Part shown: in pieces, positions 1 through 12,769 of the stretch | Layout of the letters: the number at the start of each line of letters is the position of its first letter | Numbering within the stretch: the first letter of the stretch is position 1 | Source: a virus | Length of the DNA stretch: 64,000 nucleotides | Strand: one strand, 5' to 3' | IMG/VR virus record: IMGVR_UViG_3300024270_000013 | Location: 48,575 to 112,574 of that record | Notes under the pieces: model-generated | Seen by the model: only the letters and a program-made list of their open reading frames with translations | The model's database searches: none | Told to the model about the DNA's origin: nothing | Program-made: the position numbers and the translations under genes

Positions 1-1
1 G

Positions 2-265
2 GAAAAACTTATGCGTGGGCGCGCAAAAGTAGCTGCTGAAAAGGGGCAATCTAATACTAGTATATTTAGCCAATATCTTTCAATACTAACAGTGGGATTG
101 GGTTCAATGTCACTTTAGGATGCGATGGATTTAACCATGTTCCAATTATATGATCTAGTTGAAAGATATATGCTATATATTAATTGGGATATGGACGTTC
201 GGTGCCGTTTGGCTGGCGGAAAACCAGATAGCTAGCCTGACAACTGGATGAAAAATATTCACTAA
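2..265 (+). CDS. 3' end of an upstream gene; start lies before the window. Frame contains 2 in-frame TAG and ends at TAA 263-265.
   Basis: Open frame from the window edge interrupted only by TAG, the same pattern as the rest of the module. No homology recognised. Confidence 0.3.
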
Positions 266-291
266 ATGAAAATTTAAGGAGGATATAAACC

Positions 292-1287
292 ATGAAATTT
301 GGTGTTCGCGAAATTTGTGATGTTGTTTTGAAGGCAAAGGCCGCACAGAAGATTGGTAACAAAATCTTCTATAAAAATGAGCCTGTTATTTACTTCGACA
401 CTTTGAAGACCTCTAGCATGGAAGGCGCAGCTACCACTGTTTATGCACAGGGCGGTCGTGGTAACTCTCGTCTAGTTGCTTGGGAAGGTGAGCGTACTAT
501 CACCTTCACTATGGAAGATGCTTTGATTTCTCCCGCTGGCTTTATGATTCTGTCTGGCGCAGGCTTGATTGAGGCTTCTGAGGCAACTCCTATTAAGGTT
601 CATACTACTGAGCAGACTGACAATGTTGCTGTTGATCCTGATAGCGGTGTTGTTACCATTACTCTGAAAGAAGCTGCTTACAATGTAGCTGACGATGCTG
701 AGGATTATGTTTATGTTATGCTGATGGAGAACGGCGAAGTTGTTTCTGAGCCTTTCATTCCCAGTGCTGTTGAGGGCAAGGTTTTAACTCTGTCTCCCGC
801 TTGGGAAGATGAGGGTCGTACCGGCAATATCAAGCCTCGTGGCAATGATTTGTCTGGTTTCTACAACCATTGTGTTGTAATGGTTGATTACTATGTTGAG
901 CGCAAGGGTAAGGCTCAGGAGATTACTATTACTCCCGATAAGTTCGGTGGTAACTACTACCTAGAGGCTTCTACTCTGTTCCGCACTCAGGATGGTGTCG
1001 ATATGCCTGCAGAGTTTGTAATTCCTAACTGCAAGATTCAGTCTAACTTCACTTTCACTATGGCTTCTTCTGGCGATCCTTCCACCTTCACTTTCACTAT
1101 GGACGCATTCCCTGACTATACTCGTTTCGACAGAACTAAGAAAGTCTTGGCTGCTATCCAGATTATCGAAGGCGGTAATGAAGCTGAAGACATCATGCGT
1201 GTAAGCACTCATTCTTTGGACTATGCTGACGCAAATGGTATGATTACTGGCGCTCGTCCTTTCGCAGGATTTAACGCTGTTGAGTAA
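292..1287 (+). CDS. Putative major tail protein (331 aa). No internal TAG.
   Basis: Strong RBS (TTAAGGAGGATATAAACC-ATG) and a strong terminator immediately downstream. It lies upstream of the assembly genes and the tape-measure gene. Function is inferred from position only. Confidence 0.5.
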   Translation: MKFGVREICDVVLKAKAAQKIGNKIFYKNEPVIYFDTLKTSSMEGAATTVYAQGGRGNSRLVAWEGERTITFTMEDALISPAGFMILSGAGLIEASEATPIKVHTTEQTDNVAVDPDSGVVTITLKEAAYNVADDAEDYVYVMLMENGEVVSEPFIPSAVEGKVLTLSPAWEDEGRTGNIKPRGNDLSGFYNHCVVMVDYYVERKGKAQEITITPDKFGGNYYLEASTLFRTQDGVDMPAEFVIPNCKIQSNFTFTMASSGDPSTFTFTMDAFPDYTRFDRTKKVLAAIQIIEGGNEAEDIMRVSTHSLDYADANGMITGARPFAGFNAVE

Positions 1288-1296
1288 TTGACAATT

Positions 1297-1342
1297 AAAT
1301 AAATTTAAGGGGAGAGGTTTTAAATAACCTCTCCCCTTTTTG
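1297..1342 (+). terminator. Rho-independent terminator
   Basis: GGGGAGAGGTTTTAAATAACCTCTCCCC hairpin followed by a T-run (TTTTTGTCGTTTT). Confidence 0.8.
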
Positions 1343-1367
1343 TCGTTTTGAGAGAAAGGAGAAAAAT

Positions 1368-2561
1368 ATGTTAGAAAGTTGGCAAAGTTTATTAAATACT
1401 CCTATTGATACGTCTGGCTATGATTAGGCCATGCTTCATTATAAAAATTTAAAAGAAAAAATGTTAGATTAGATTACTAATTCAGCAAAAGTTAAATTAA
1501 AAAATGAAGAATATAAAAAATTTATTAATGATATAGATATGTTAATTTTACAAAACGCAAGTGGATGGGGAGAAGGCTATGAAAATGCTCAACGCACATT
1601 AAATAATATTGAAGCAGCAGTAGTAAATTTAATTGAAAGTGGTTCAACTGCAGGAGCTAAAGAATTGTTGGAATCAATTCATAAACAAGTTTATGATAAA
1701 AAAGATAAAATTAAAAATGCCCAACAAACTTTTAAATAGAAATTAAATTTAAATAAAGATTTAATTTTTGCTGAATTAGGTATTAATAATCAATTTATTG
1801 AAAATATGCTTAGTGTTCAAGGAACTTCTGGAGATACTGCTGATATTGTTGCACAAGCATCTTCATATTTTATTCGTTATTTATATAGTAAATTATTTAA
1901 TGAGAAATCATTTGCTGAAGGCTCTCGTTTTAAATATGCGATGTCTTTAGGTGGTTATTATAAAGAGTTGCATGAGTATGAAGCTTTAGAAAAAGTATTA
2001 AATAATTTTTTAAATGTTTATCATACTGGTGGTACAAAAATGAGCGGACGCGATACTGAAATGGATATTTTTATTTCAACATTAGATAACTTAGAAAATG
2101 GATTAACGCAAAATGTAAAAGTTACTTAGATGATATCTTCTCTTTAGGAACCACCAGGGATTGAGGATATATTATTATCTTTGTCTCAATAGATTGATAG
2201 TTTTGGTGAGTAGGTAAAATCTAAAAGTCTAGGGAAAAGTGATACATTTGAAATTGGTAATAGAGCAGATTTGTATTCTGCATTTTTAAGCGAAGGTGGA
2301 AATGAATATAGTTCTTTATAGGCTTTACATTTCTTAGCACGTTTTAAAAATATTTTATTAAGTTTAGGTGTATCTAATGTTTTATTTAGTTCTAATAATA
2401 AAAGACAATGGATGGTTGATTTTATTGAAGATTTTAGAAGATAGTCATATTTACTGTCTTTTGTAAGACCAACAAATAAAGATAAATTAACTTCTAAAGT
2501 CGGATTAGAACAGTTATATACTTCATCCAGAAATTCTATTAGAAGTAGATTTTCAAATTAA
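1368..2561 (+). CDS. Hypothetical late protein of about 397 aa; possible tail assembly or structural protein. Read through about 9 in-frame TAG; ends at TAA 2559-2561.
   Basis: RBS GAGAGAAAGGAGA 5 nt before ATG 1368. ORF-track pieces 1539-1739 and 1806-2129 lie in the same frame and are separated only by TAG. Confidence 0.5.
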
Positions 2562-2564
2562 AAT

Positions 2565-2593
2565 TTGACAACTAAGAAATTTTTTGGTATAAT
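2565..2593 (+). promoter_or_regulatory. Perfect sigma-70 consensus promoter: TTGACA, 17 bp spacer, TATAAT.
   Basis: -35 TTGACA at 2565-2570; 17-bp spacer; -10 TATAAT at 2588-2593. About 30 nt upstream of RBS AAAGGAGGAG and ATG 2628. Confidence 0.7.
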
Positions 2594-2627
2594 AATATAA
2601 AAAGTGAGATAAAGGAGGAGTTTGACT

Positions 2628-3128
2628 ATGGCAAAAATTCCATTTTCCAAACTTGGTGTAAAAGTAAATTCTGAAATTGCTTTATTAACATGGGGGGAAT
2701 ATAATATTGAAATTCGTAAATATTTACCCATGGAAGAAAAGGCAAATTTGATTACAAATGTTTTAAATGCTTCTGCAGATGATAATAAATTTTATAATCC
2801 TTTGCGAGTAAAAGTATTTTTAACCTTGGAAGCTTTGTACGCATATACTAATTTAAGTTTTACTGAAAAAGCTAAAGAGAATTATTTAAAACTTTATGAT
2901 TCTGTTGTAAGTTCCGGTTTATTTGAACAGGTAATTAGTAATATTCCCAAGAGTGAATGGGATGATTTAGTATCTGCAATGTGGGAAACTATTTCTAAAG
3001 TTTATGAATATAATAATTCTGTATTGGGATTATTAGACAATATTTCTAATGATTATAGTAGCTTATCTTTGGAGGCTGCAGAAATTCAAAAAAAGTTAGC
3101 TGAAGGCAATGGTGTAGAATTTTTATAG
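2628..3128 (+). CDS. Putative tail assembly chaperone (166 aa), located directly upstream of the tape-measure gene.
   Basis: RBS AAAGGAGGAG 7 nt upstream of ATG. No internal TAG. The frame reaches TAG 3126-3128 and, if read through, adds 8 codons to TAA. Function is inferred from synteny only. Confidence 0.55.
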   Translation: MAKIPFSKLGVKVNSEIALLTWGEYNIEIRKYLPMEEKANLITNVLNASADDNKFYNPLRVKVFLTLEALYAYTNLSFTEKAKENYLKLYDSVVSSGLFEQVISNIPKSEWDDLVSAMWETISKVYEYNNSVLGLLDNISNDYSSLSLEAAEIQKKLAEGNGVEFL

Positions 3129-3199
3129 GATGTAATGAGTAAGCTGGGCTAATTAAGTTATTTTTATAGGAAAACTTTTCAAATTATCATAGGAATAGT

Positions 3200-3241
3200 C
3201 GAGGGATGAGATAAGTGATTATTCTCATCCCTCTTTTTTAT
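3200..3241 (+). terminator. Rho-independent terminator
   Basis: GAGGGATGAGATAAGTGATTATTCTCATCCCTC hairpin followed by TTTTTTATTTT. Confidence 0.75.
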
Positions 3242-3281
3242 TTTATAAAATAAAAATGGAGAGAAAGGAGATAGCTTTTAT

Positions 3282-6200
3282 ATGGCAAAGAATTTAAATG
3301 TTAGTTTATCTTTTTCTGCTGATTCATCAAAAGTTAGAGCTGAACTAAATAGTTTAAAAAAGTCTTTGAATGAATTATCTAACAGTATTGCTTTAAAGAT
3401 TCCGCATTTTGAATTTACTAAAGACCTTCAAGAAGCGAGTCGTGCAGCAGCTCAATTAAAAGTTCAATTAGATGCTGCAGTTAATACAAAAACTGGAAAC
3501 TTGGACTTGACTAAGTTCAGCGAGTCAATGAAAAAAAGTGGTATGTCTTTAGAGAAATACCAAAATCAATTATACTAGCTTGGACCTGCCGGTGAAAAAG
3601 CTTTTGCGGACTTAGCAAAGGCTATTACTATGGCGGATGTACCTTTGAGACGCAGTAGTAAATTATTAGATGAATTATGGACTACTATGAAAAATACTGC
3701 TAGATGGCAGCTAACTTCTAGCGCAATGCATGGATTCATGGGTGCAGTATCAAGCGCTTATGGGTATGCAAAAGATTTAAATGCATCTTTAAATGATATC
3801 AGAATTGTTACTGGCGCAAGTACTGAAAAGATGGCTGAGTTTGCGAAAGAGGCAAATAATGCCGCAAAAGCGCTAAGTACAACTACAACAGATTATACTA
3901 AAGCTTCTTTGATTTTCTATCAATAGGGTTTAAGTGATGAATAGGTTAAAGAGCGTACTGATGTTACTATAAAAATGGCTAATGCTGCGGGCGCAAGTGC
4001 CCAAGAAGTTTCTGATTAGTTAACCGCTGTTTGGAATAACTTTTATGATGGTACTAAATCTTTAGAGTATTATGCTGATGTCATGACTGCTCTCGGTGCG
4101 GCAACTGCTTCTAGTACTGATGAGATTGCTGGCGGATTAGAGAAATTTGCAGCCATCGGTAAAACAATTGGTTTAAGTTATGAATATGCTGCATCAGCCT
4201 TGGCAACAATTACTTCAAATACTCGCTAGAGTGAAGAAGTTGTTGGTACTGCCTTAAAGACTATTTTTGCTCGTATTCAAGGTTTGAATTTAGGTGAAAC
4301 TCTTGATGATGGAGTTACTTTAAATAAATATTCTCAAGCACTTGAAAAAGTTGGAATTAGTATATTTGATAGTACTGGAGAATTGAAGAATATGGATAAT
4401 ATTCTTGATGAAATGGCTGCAAAATGGGATGTCTTAAATAACTCTTAGCAAGTAGCATTGGCACAGACTGTTGCTGGTGTTCGTCAATATAACCAATTAA
4501 TTGCCCTAATGAATAACTGGGATAGTGGTGACAGTGATAGTATGGTCGCAAACTTAACTACTGCGACTAATTCTACAGGAACCTTACAGAATCAAGCAGA
4601 TATTTATGCTGAATCTTGGGAGGCTGCAAACAAGAGAGTAAAGGCTTCTACTGAAGCAGTTTATTCTGCTATTTTAAATGATGAGTTCTTTATTGATTTA
4701 ACTAATAGTTTTGCTGATCTTATAGATGGAGTTAAAACTTTTATTGATAGTTTAGGTGGTATTAAAGGTGTTTTATTAGCTATTGGTAGTATTGTAACAA
4801 GTGTTTTTTCTAAGCAAATTAGTTAGAGTATTCAAAATGCTGCTTTTAGTATTAAAGGATTTTTAAATCCAAAGGCTATTTTGGAGGCAGAAGTTAAATA
4901 GAAGGAAAAGGCCAATAAATTATTAGTTAGTGGTTTAAAGGATTAGGGAACTACTTCTAGTGGTTATAGCGCAGAAGCTTATAAAGCTTTAGGTGAAAAT
5001 CAATTAACTTATATTCAAAATATTGAAAGAATGAGTGAAGAAGAGTAGGCTATTAATTAGATTTTAATGGATAGAAATCGAGCCTTAGTAGATAATGCGA
5101 TTAAAGCTGGCGAAGAATTAGAAATAATTGAAGAAAAAATTGCTGCTGAAAGAAATATCCTTGTATTTTAGGCTCAAAAAGCTGGAAAAGGATCTTCAGA
5201 TCAAATCGCTCAAGTTCGAACATTGTCTAAACAGTATGAAGACTTATCAAAAAATGCTTCTAAATTCCAAGCAGTAGCAAATACTGCTTTTAAATCTATC
5301 GGCATGAATGAATAGGCTGAAGATGCTAAAGAATTAAAAAAGGAATTGTCAGAGACTGTTCAAGAAATGTTAAAACTAAAAAATGTTAATAAATTAACAG
5401 ATGCTCAAGGTATTGAAAAATTAAAAACTTCATTAAAAACGTTATTGCCGGAAGTTAATCTTACAACAACAGAAGTTAATGAATTATGGCAAACTATTAA
5501 AAATAGTGAAAATGTTTCTTTTGAATAGATTACTGCTGTATTTAATAGATTATCAACTGCAAGTACAGCTGCTGGAACAAGTATCCAATCAAAATTAAAA
5601 GTTGCGATGGAAGCTTGTGGTATGACAAGTGAAGAAGTAGAAAATGCTATTCGAGAGTATAATGCAGTTTTAGAATAGTTTGAAAATAAAAACGAAGGTG
5701 CTGAAGTTGCATTAAGAAAAGTAATTGTGGCGATGAAAGAGCATAATAAAAGCATGGAAGAGGCAAAATAGAAACCTATTCCAATGGCTGAAGCTTTTTC
5801 TAAAGCTGCCGGGGCAGCTATGGCATTGGGACAAGCCATTACTACTATTACTGGTATTATTGATGTATTTAATAATGAAGAAGCCACTACTAAAGATAAA
5901 ATTATGGCTTTAATATCTGGTATTGGAATGCTAACTGTTACTATAACATCTATTGTACCAGCATTTAGCACTGCAGAAGTTGCTGTGACTGCATTTGGAG
6001 TTACAACTTCTATCGCAATGTGGCAAATTACTTTAATTGCAATTGCAATTGCTGCTTTAATTGCTGGTATTGTTCTTTTAATTAATCATTTAAATGTCTA
6101 TGGACAGACGTTAGATAATGCTAATAAAAAATTAGAATAGGCTTCATAGGATGCTGAGAACGCAGCAAATGCTATTGATGATGCAAAGAATGCATATCAA

Positions 6201-9200
6201 GATTTAACCGATACAATTGAAGATTATCAAGGTGCAAAAGATGCCTTAGATACTTTAATAGAGGGTACAGAAGAGTTTAAAAATTAGTTAAAAGAGGCCA
6301 ATGACTATGCTCGTGAACTAATGGACACATATGGCATAAAAGGTTTATATAATGCTGAAAGCGGATTATGGGAAATCTCTGACGATGCATTAGAGAATGG
6401 AATGGCTGAATATAATAAAAAATTAGAACAAGCTTATATTGATAATGCAGTTGCTCAAAATGCACTCGCCGCGGCAAAAAATCATCAGGCTTTTGCTAAG
6501 TTAGCAGCTGAGGAAGATAAAACTTAGGGTGAGTTTTTATTAGAAAATATGGATAATCAATATTATAATAATAGTATTGGTACATATAGTGATCCTTCAG
6601 CAGCGGCTGGAGCTGCATTAGGTAATTTAATTTATTCTTGGATTGCAAGTTTTGGTGATATTCAATAGCAAGAAGATCAAAATAAATAGCAAATCGGAAT
6701 TTTAGATGAAGTTTTAAAATATTGGGATAGTTATGATGGTAATCTTAATAAGATTGTAAGAGAATTAAGTCTTGAAGGTATTGATTCTAAGGATGATTTA
6801 TTAAACGCCCTAGGAATGACTGAAGCTGCTTTATAGGACTTAATGAACACATTATCTTCAAATACATAGGCAATTCTTGAAAATAATAAGTTTATTATTA
6901 ATAATGCTTGGAAAGATAACGAAGTATATAGTGACTCAGAGCATAAAACAGCATTAAATAATTTAGCTGCTGCAGAAATGATGACTGAATCACAGCGTAT
7001 TCTTGACTAGTATGACAAATATGATAAGAAACAAAGGGAAAATTTATAGAAGTCGTACGCCAAAAAGAAAGATTTAACTTTTGTTTCTGAAAAAGATGGA
7101 ATTGTTGAATTTTTAGATACTGCTGGACAAACTATTAAATTCTCTAATGACAGTATTAAAGCTTTTATGGCTCAAGAGCAAGCTTTAGAAAATGTTGGCA
7201 TATCTTTAGAAACTTTTGCAAAGAACTTAGATAAATTGTCTGAAAAAAGTGAGTCTGGAGATTTGACTGGAGCCTTAGCATATTCTCAAGCTTCTGGAGG
7301 AGATATCTCAGATGTTTCAGTAGGATATGCAAACGGTGATATTCAAACTTTTAATACTGTTCAAGATTTACAAGATTATTTAGATATAGATGATAAAGCT
7401 TTTGAAGCTCTGTGGAAATCAAAGGGTTACATGAGTGCAGAGGCTTATTTAGAATCTTTCAATACACAAGTTTCTAGTTTTAAAGATCAAGTAGATAAGT
7501 TAGATATTGCAAAAGGCTTATCTGTTTTTGATGACTTAAGTTTAGGAATTGCTCAATCAATTGAGGCAGCTGCAGATAAAATGAATTTGGGCTCATTGGG
7601 ATTGCAAGCTGGTGATCAATATATAGAAGGCCTTAATTCTATGTTGTCATAGATTGATGAAGAGGATCAAATGACTGCATTAGAATAGTTATCAAGAATT
7701 GATTGGTCTTCTTGGGATGCTATGGAACAAGCTCAAACTATTTTAGCAAGTTTTGGTAAATAGATTAATACCACTGATTCTTACTGGAAAACTTTTATTG
7801 AAAATATGCGGATAGCTAATGGAGCTTTTCCAGATTTTACTAAATTGCAAACAAATTTACAAGAAATAAGTGCAATTTTAGGTTCTTTAGATTTCGGTGA
7901 TGTTATTAAAGACGAAGATTATGAGAAGTTAGTTGCTTATAATCAAGAGTGGGAAAAATTCTTTATTTTACAAGCTGATGGAACTCGCAAATTTATTGGC
8001 GATTCCGCAGAAATGTTAAATGCTACTAGAGAAAATATTGCGACTCAACGTGAAGATTTAGCAGTAAGAAAAGGATTGGTTGAGCAAGTTATTGATTCTG
8101 AAGCTGATTGGAAAATTTCTGCTACGTCCATTGATAAACAATATGGCGATGGTAAAGACGGTAAGCTAAGTAATCAGAATGGTATTAATCATGGCTACAA
8201 GAGCGGCGAAGATATGATTAATAACATTATGGCAGATCAAACTAAAAATTTAATTGATAATAATGCTGCAATAAAAGAAATTTTAGATAATAATAATTAT
8301 GATGAAACTACTATTAACACTATCCTTCAGGAAGCTCGAGATGGTAATAGAGAGCGTCTTGAGACAATGCTTACATATGTTGATGATTATATGACTCAAA
8401 ATTTAGAGACCTCTGAAGAATAGTTAAATGAAATGATGGCATCTACTGCTACTTCTATTTAGGATTTATAGAATTTATTTAGTCAAGGATTAATTGATGA
8501 AGCTGCTTATGATAAACAATTAACAGTTTTAGCTAATTAGGCTTCTTCTTTAGAAGAGTTAAAACAAATCCAATCTGTTGGTTTAAGTGAAGAGTCAGGA
8601 CTCGATACATATGAATATGGCCAAGCTCTTTTAACCTTAGCTGAGAATTATAGTAATTGCACAGAAGAAGCAGAAGAATATTCTAAAGCCTTACTAACTG
8701 GCAGTGAAACAGAGATTAAAGTTGCTCAAAGCGCATTAGAGGCTGCTGTTGAAGTGGGTGAATTGGCAGAAAAATATGATTTAAATGCAGAAGAATTAGA
8801 AGATTATACAAAAAGATTAAAAGATTTACATAAAGATTCTAATTTAAGTATTAAAGATGCTACAAAATTAGCAACTGCTAATATGCGTTTAGATCGAGGC
8901 GTAAGTAATTTAAATGATAATTTAAATGATTATAAAAAAGCCTTAAATACAACCAATAAAGGTAGCGCTGAGTGGTCTAATACTTTATCAAATTTAAAAA
9001 CAGATTTAGCTGATATAGTAAATGTCGCAGATGGGTCAATGTTAAGTGATCAATTTGCAGAAGATGCTTTAGCTTCTGAAGATTTAAAGTTGGCGCTTGA
9101 TGGCGATGTAGATGCGATTTTAAGATTAAGATTAGCCGCAGCAGATGATATTATTGCTAATTTAGATATTGAAGGCGATGAAAATATTCAAACAGTTCAA

Positions 9201-12200
9201 ACGTAGTGGGAATATTTAAAAGCAAATATGGCCGAAGGAGTATCTGCGGGTAATGTAGATCAATCTGCTTTAATTGATTCATTTAATGAAATGATTAAAG
9301 CTGGTAACATGACTAAAGAACAAATTGAAGCTGCATTAGCTGGATTAAATGTTAGTGCTAATGTTAAAACTAATTATGTTTAGCAAACTACCTCTGTCCC
9401 AACTACTATTACTGATGAATATTTAGAAAAACGGGGAGAACAAACTTATACAGTTGGCTATTAGGAAGATGGTACTCCAATTACAGCTCAATTACCAATG
9501 TATCGTAAATATACTTAGACTTATAGCGGAGAACCAGTAGAAGTTAATGGATGGGTTCCTCAATATACAATTGAAGGTACTGAAGGTGATGGAGATGTTA
9601 CTACAGCTTTTACTTCATTACCTGCTCCTCAAGTAAGTCAATCTTCTACCACAACTGGCAAATAGAGTGGAGGTTCTAAACCAAAGAAAACTTCAGAGGC
9701 TCGCCAAAAAAAATCTGATACGGTTGAACGCTATAAACCAGTAAATGATAAGCTTGATGATATGGCTGATGCTTTGGATGATGCATCTAAAGCGGCCGAT
9801 CGTTTATGGGGTACTGCTCGTATTAATCAAATGGAAAAGATTAATTCGATTTTAGAAGATGAGATTGAATTAATTAAAGAAAAAAGGTCTGAGGCTGAAG
9901 CTTATTTAAAGATTGATAGAGATGATTTAAATGCGGCTGCCGCTGATTTAGGGATTTCTTTCAATTATCAAGATGGCAATATTGCTAATTATGAGTCTCA
10001 AATGACAAAATTGTATAATGAGAGAGAAGCTCTATTAGACAGTTTTGGTGAAGAGATTGATGATACTGAACAAGAAACATTAGATGCTTTTGATAAGAAA
10101 TTAGATAGACTTAAAGAAGCTATTACTCAATACGATGAAACTCGTGAATTAATTGAAGATTTAGAGAATGAAGAATAGGATAAACGCAATGAAATTCAGG
10201 ATAATAATTTTGAAAAATTAAATTATGCTCTAGAAATTGAAATACAGTTTAATGAAGATGATTTGGCTATGATTGAATATCATATGAATAAAATGGAAGA
10301 CGATTTCTATTTAATGGCTGAAGCTTACGCTAAACTTAGTGAATCTAGTTCTATTTATGAAGAAAATCTTCAATTACAAAGACAATACGTTGCTGACTTA
10401 GAAGAAGCTTATAAAAATGGTGAAATCTCTCAAGCAGCTTATATTGAAGGATTGCAAAATGCAAAAGATGCCACTATGGAAAATGCTCAAGCACTAATCG
10501 ACTTAGACCGTCAAATGATAGAGTATTATGGAAATACTTTAGATGCGGCAAATGAAGAGCTAAGTAAATATACTGATAAAATGGAACATCTTACTTCTGT
10601 TTTAGATCATTATTCCAGTATTATGGATTTGTTAGGTAAGAAACAAGATTATGCAGTTATGGGTTCTATTCTAGAGGGATAGGCAAAAACTACTCGTAAT
10701 GAATTAGAAGTAGCACAGGCAACATATGCAATGTACGACGCTGAGGCAAAGCGATGGAAAGAGCAAATGGATAGCGCAATTGAGGGCTCTGATGCTTGGA
10801 AAGTATATAAGGCCAATTGGGAAGCTGCGCAAACTGCAGCTAATGATGCTCAAGATAATATGCTTTCAAAAACTGAAGCATGGATTGAAGCAATGAAAGC
10901 TGTTGTTGAAAATAATATGGCTGAGTTAAATCAAACTTTAGAAGAGACTTTAACAGGAGGCTCTGATTTTGATACGATGCTTGAATCTATGGAGCGTGCA
11001 AGCAGTCTTCAAGAAGAATATTTAACTACTACTAATTAGATTTATGAAACTAATAAATTAATGCGTACCGCACAACAAGAAATTGATAAAACTCAAAATA
11101 CTGTGGCAAAACGCAGATTAACTCAATTTATCCAAGAGACTGAGCAATTATAGAATCAAACTAAATTGAGTAATTATGAATTAGAAATTTAGTAGGCGAA
11201 ATATGATTTGCTTTTGGCAGAAATTGCTTTAGAAGAAGCTCAAAATGCAAAATCTACTGTTCGCCTATAGCGTGATGCTGAAGGTAATTTTGGTTACGTC
11301 TATACCGCAGATCAAGATAAAGTTGCTTAGGCTTAGCAAGAGCTTGAAGATGCTCAAAATTCACTATATAATATTGGACTAGAAGGTGCAAACGATTATA
11401 GCTAGAAATATGCTGAAACAATGCAAGAAATGTATGATACTTTAGCAGAATTGCAATAGGCATATTTAGAGGGTGAAATTGCTAACGAAGAGGAATATAA
11501 TGCTAAAATGGCTGCAGCAAAATAGCATTATTTTGACAAGCTAAAAGATTATTCTAGTCTTTATCAAGTGGCTTTAACCACTGATAGTAGAGTAATAAAT
11601 GATGCATGGAGTTCAGATTTTAATGATATGATTTACAAAACTGGTGAGTTATAGAATGCTGTAAATCAATATACTAAAGATAGTGCAAATACTTTATTGG
11701 GATGGTCAACAACTGTTAAAACTGCGCTAGATCAAACTGGTTTAGATAAAGTTGATAATCAAGTATTATCTATTACTATTGAAAGTGATAAATTAAAAGA
11801 GTCTTTAATTGGAAAAGATGGTAAAGGTGGAGTTGTTAATGCTATTTAGGCTGAAATTACTGAAGTTGGTAATTTAACAGGTGCTTATGCATTAGTTAGA
11901 GAACAAATTCAAGGATTAATTGGAGACCATGAACTATTAATAGGCGAAATTAATTAGACTCAAAAGGTTGAAGAAGAAGCTGCTAAACAAGCAAATGCAA
12001 ATGCTGAAAATGCTACTGACAATACTACTACAAATTAGCAAACACAAAACGATAGTGCTGAAAGTGAAAATAGTGCAGCTAGCTAGTATGATACAAGAAC
12101 TAAGGCAGGAGTCGCTTTAGCAATTATTAGAAATGCAACTGCGGCCGGTTGGGGTAACGGTTCTACGCGAAAAAAGAATCTTGAAGCTAAAGGATTTAGT

Positions 12201-12650
12201 TATAATGAAATTCAAGGTTTGGTAAATACTTATTTTGGTAATTCTTAGGCGTTAATTGCTGCTAATGGTATTAATTGGCCTAGCGATTATAGTAAGTATA
12301 TTTTCTCTCGTTTTAATACTGGTGGATATACTGGTTCTTGGGGATCTTATGGTAAACTTGGTATCTTAGATGAAAAAGAATTGGTTTTGAATTAGGGCGA
12401 TACAGCTAATTTCTTGGCTAGCATGGAAGTTTTAGAGCGTATTTTGTAGGTTATTGATTTACATAGCATGAATGCGCAACTGGGTGGATTATTATCTAGT
12501 CCTTCTTATGGAGGAAATAATAATGAAACTACAATTGAATAGAATGTTCATATCGAAGCTAGTTTCCCTGGCGTCAGTGATAGAAATGAAATCGAAGAGG
12601 CATTTAATAATTTAGTAAATCAAGCATCTCAATACGCGAATCGTAAATAA
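3282..12650 (+). CDS. Tail tape-measure protein, about 3122 aa. A single frame read through roughly 70 in-frame TAG; ends at TAA 12648-12650.
   Basis: Region 3630-4450 matches the TP901-type tape-measure core (…YYADVMTALGAATASSTDEIAGGLEKFAAIGKTIGLSYEYAASALATITSN…) and continues across TAGs. There is an internal hydrophobic segment at 5784-6140, extensive coiled-coil sequence, and the C-terminal motif FSRFNTGGYTGSWGSYGKLGILDEKELVLNQGDTANF. All ORF-track pieces are in frame 0 and separated only by TAG. The 11039-12650 stretch was read directly and contains only TAG interruptions. TAG TAG pairs give QQ in Q-rich coiled coils. Confidence 0.85.
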
Positions 12651-12652
12651 AT

Positions 12653-12695
12653 TTTAGGGTGGGTTATGAAAACATAACTCACCCTTTTTCTATTT
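12653..12695 (+). terminator. Rho-independent terminator after the tape-measure gene
   Basis: AGGGTGGGTTATGAAAACATAACTCACCCT hairpin followed by TTTTTC. Confidence 0.7.
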
Positions 12696-12711
12696 GGTCT
12701 AAATAAAAAAA

Positions 12712-12740
12712 TTGACTTTTCTAAATTTTTATGATATAAT
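12712..12740 (+). promoter_or_regulatory. Near-consensus sigma-70 promoter: TTGACT, 17 bp spacer, TATAAT.
   Basis: -35 at 12712-12717 and -10 at 12735-12740. Followed by RBS GAGAGAAAGGAGA and ATG 12770. Confidence 0.65.
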
Positions 12741-12769
12741 AGATTAAGGAGAGAAAGGAGATTGGTTAC

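Noticed and set aside
5405-5971. 188-aa ORF on the minus strand inside the tape-measure gene.
   Set aside because: It is antisense to a strongly supported coding region and has no RBS. It is a low-complexity Ala/Ile/Ser-rich mirror of the tape-measure hydrophobic segment.
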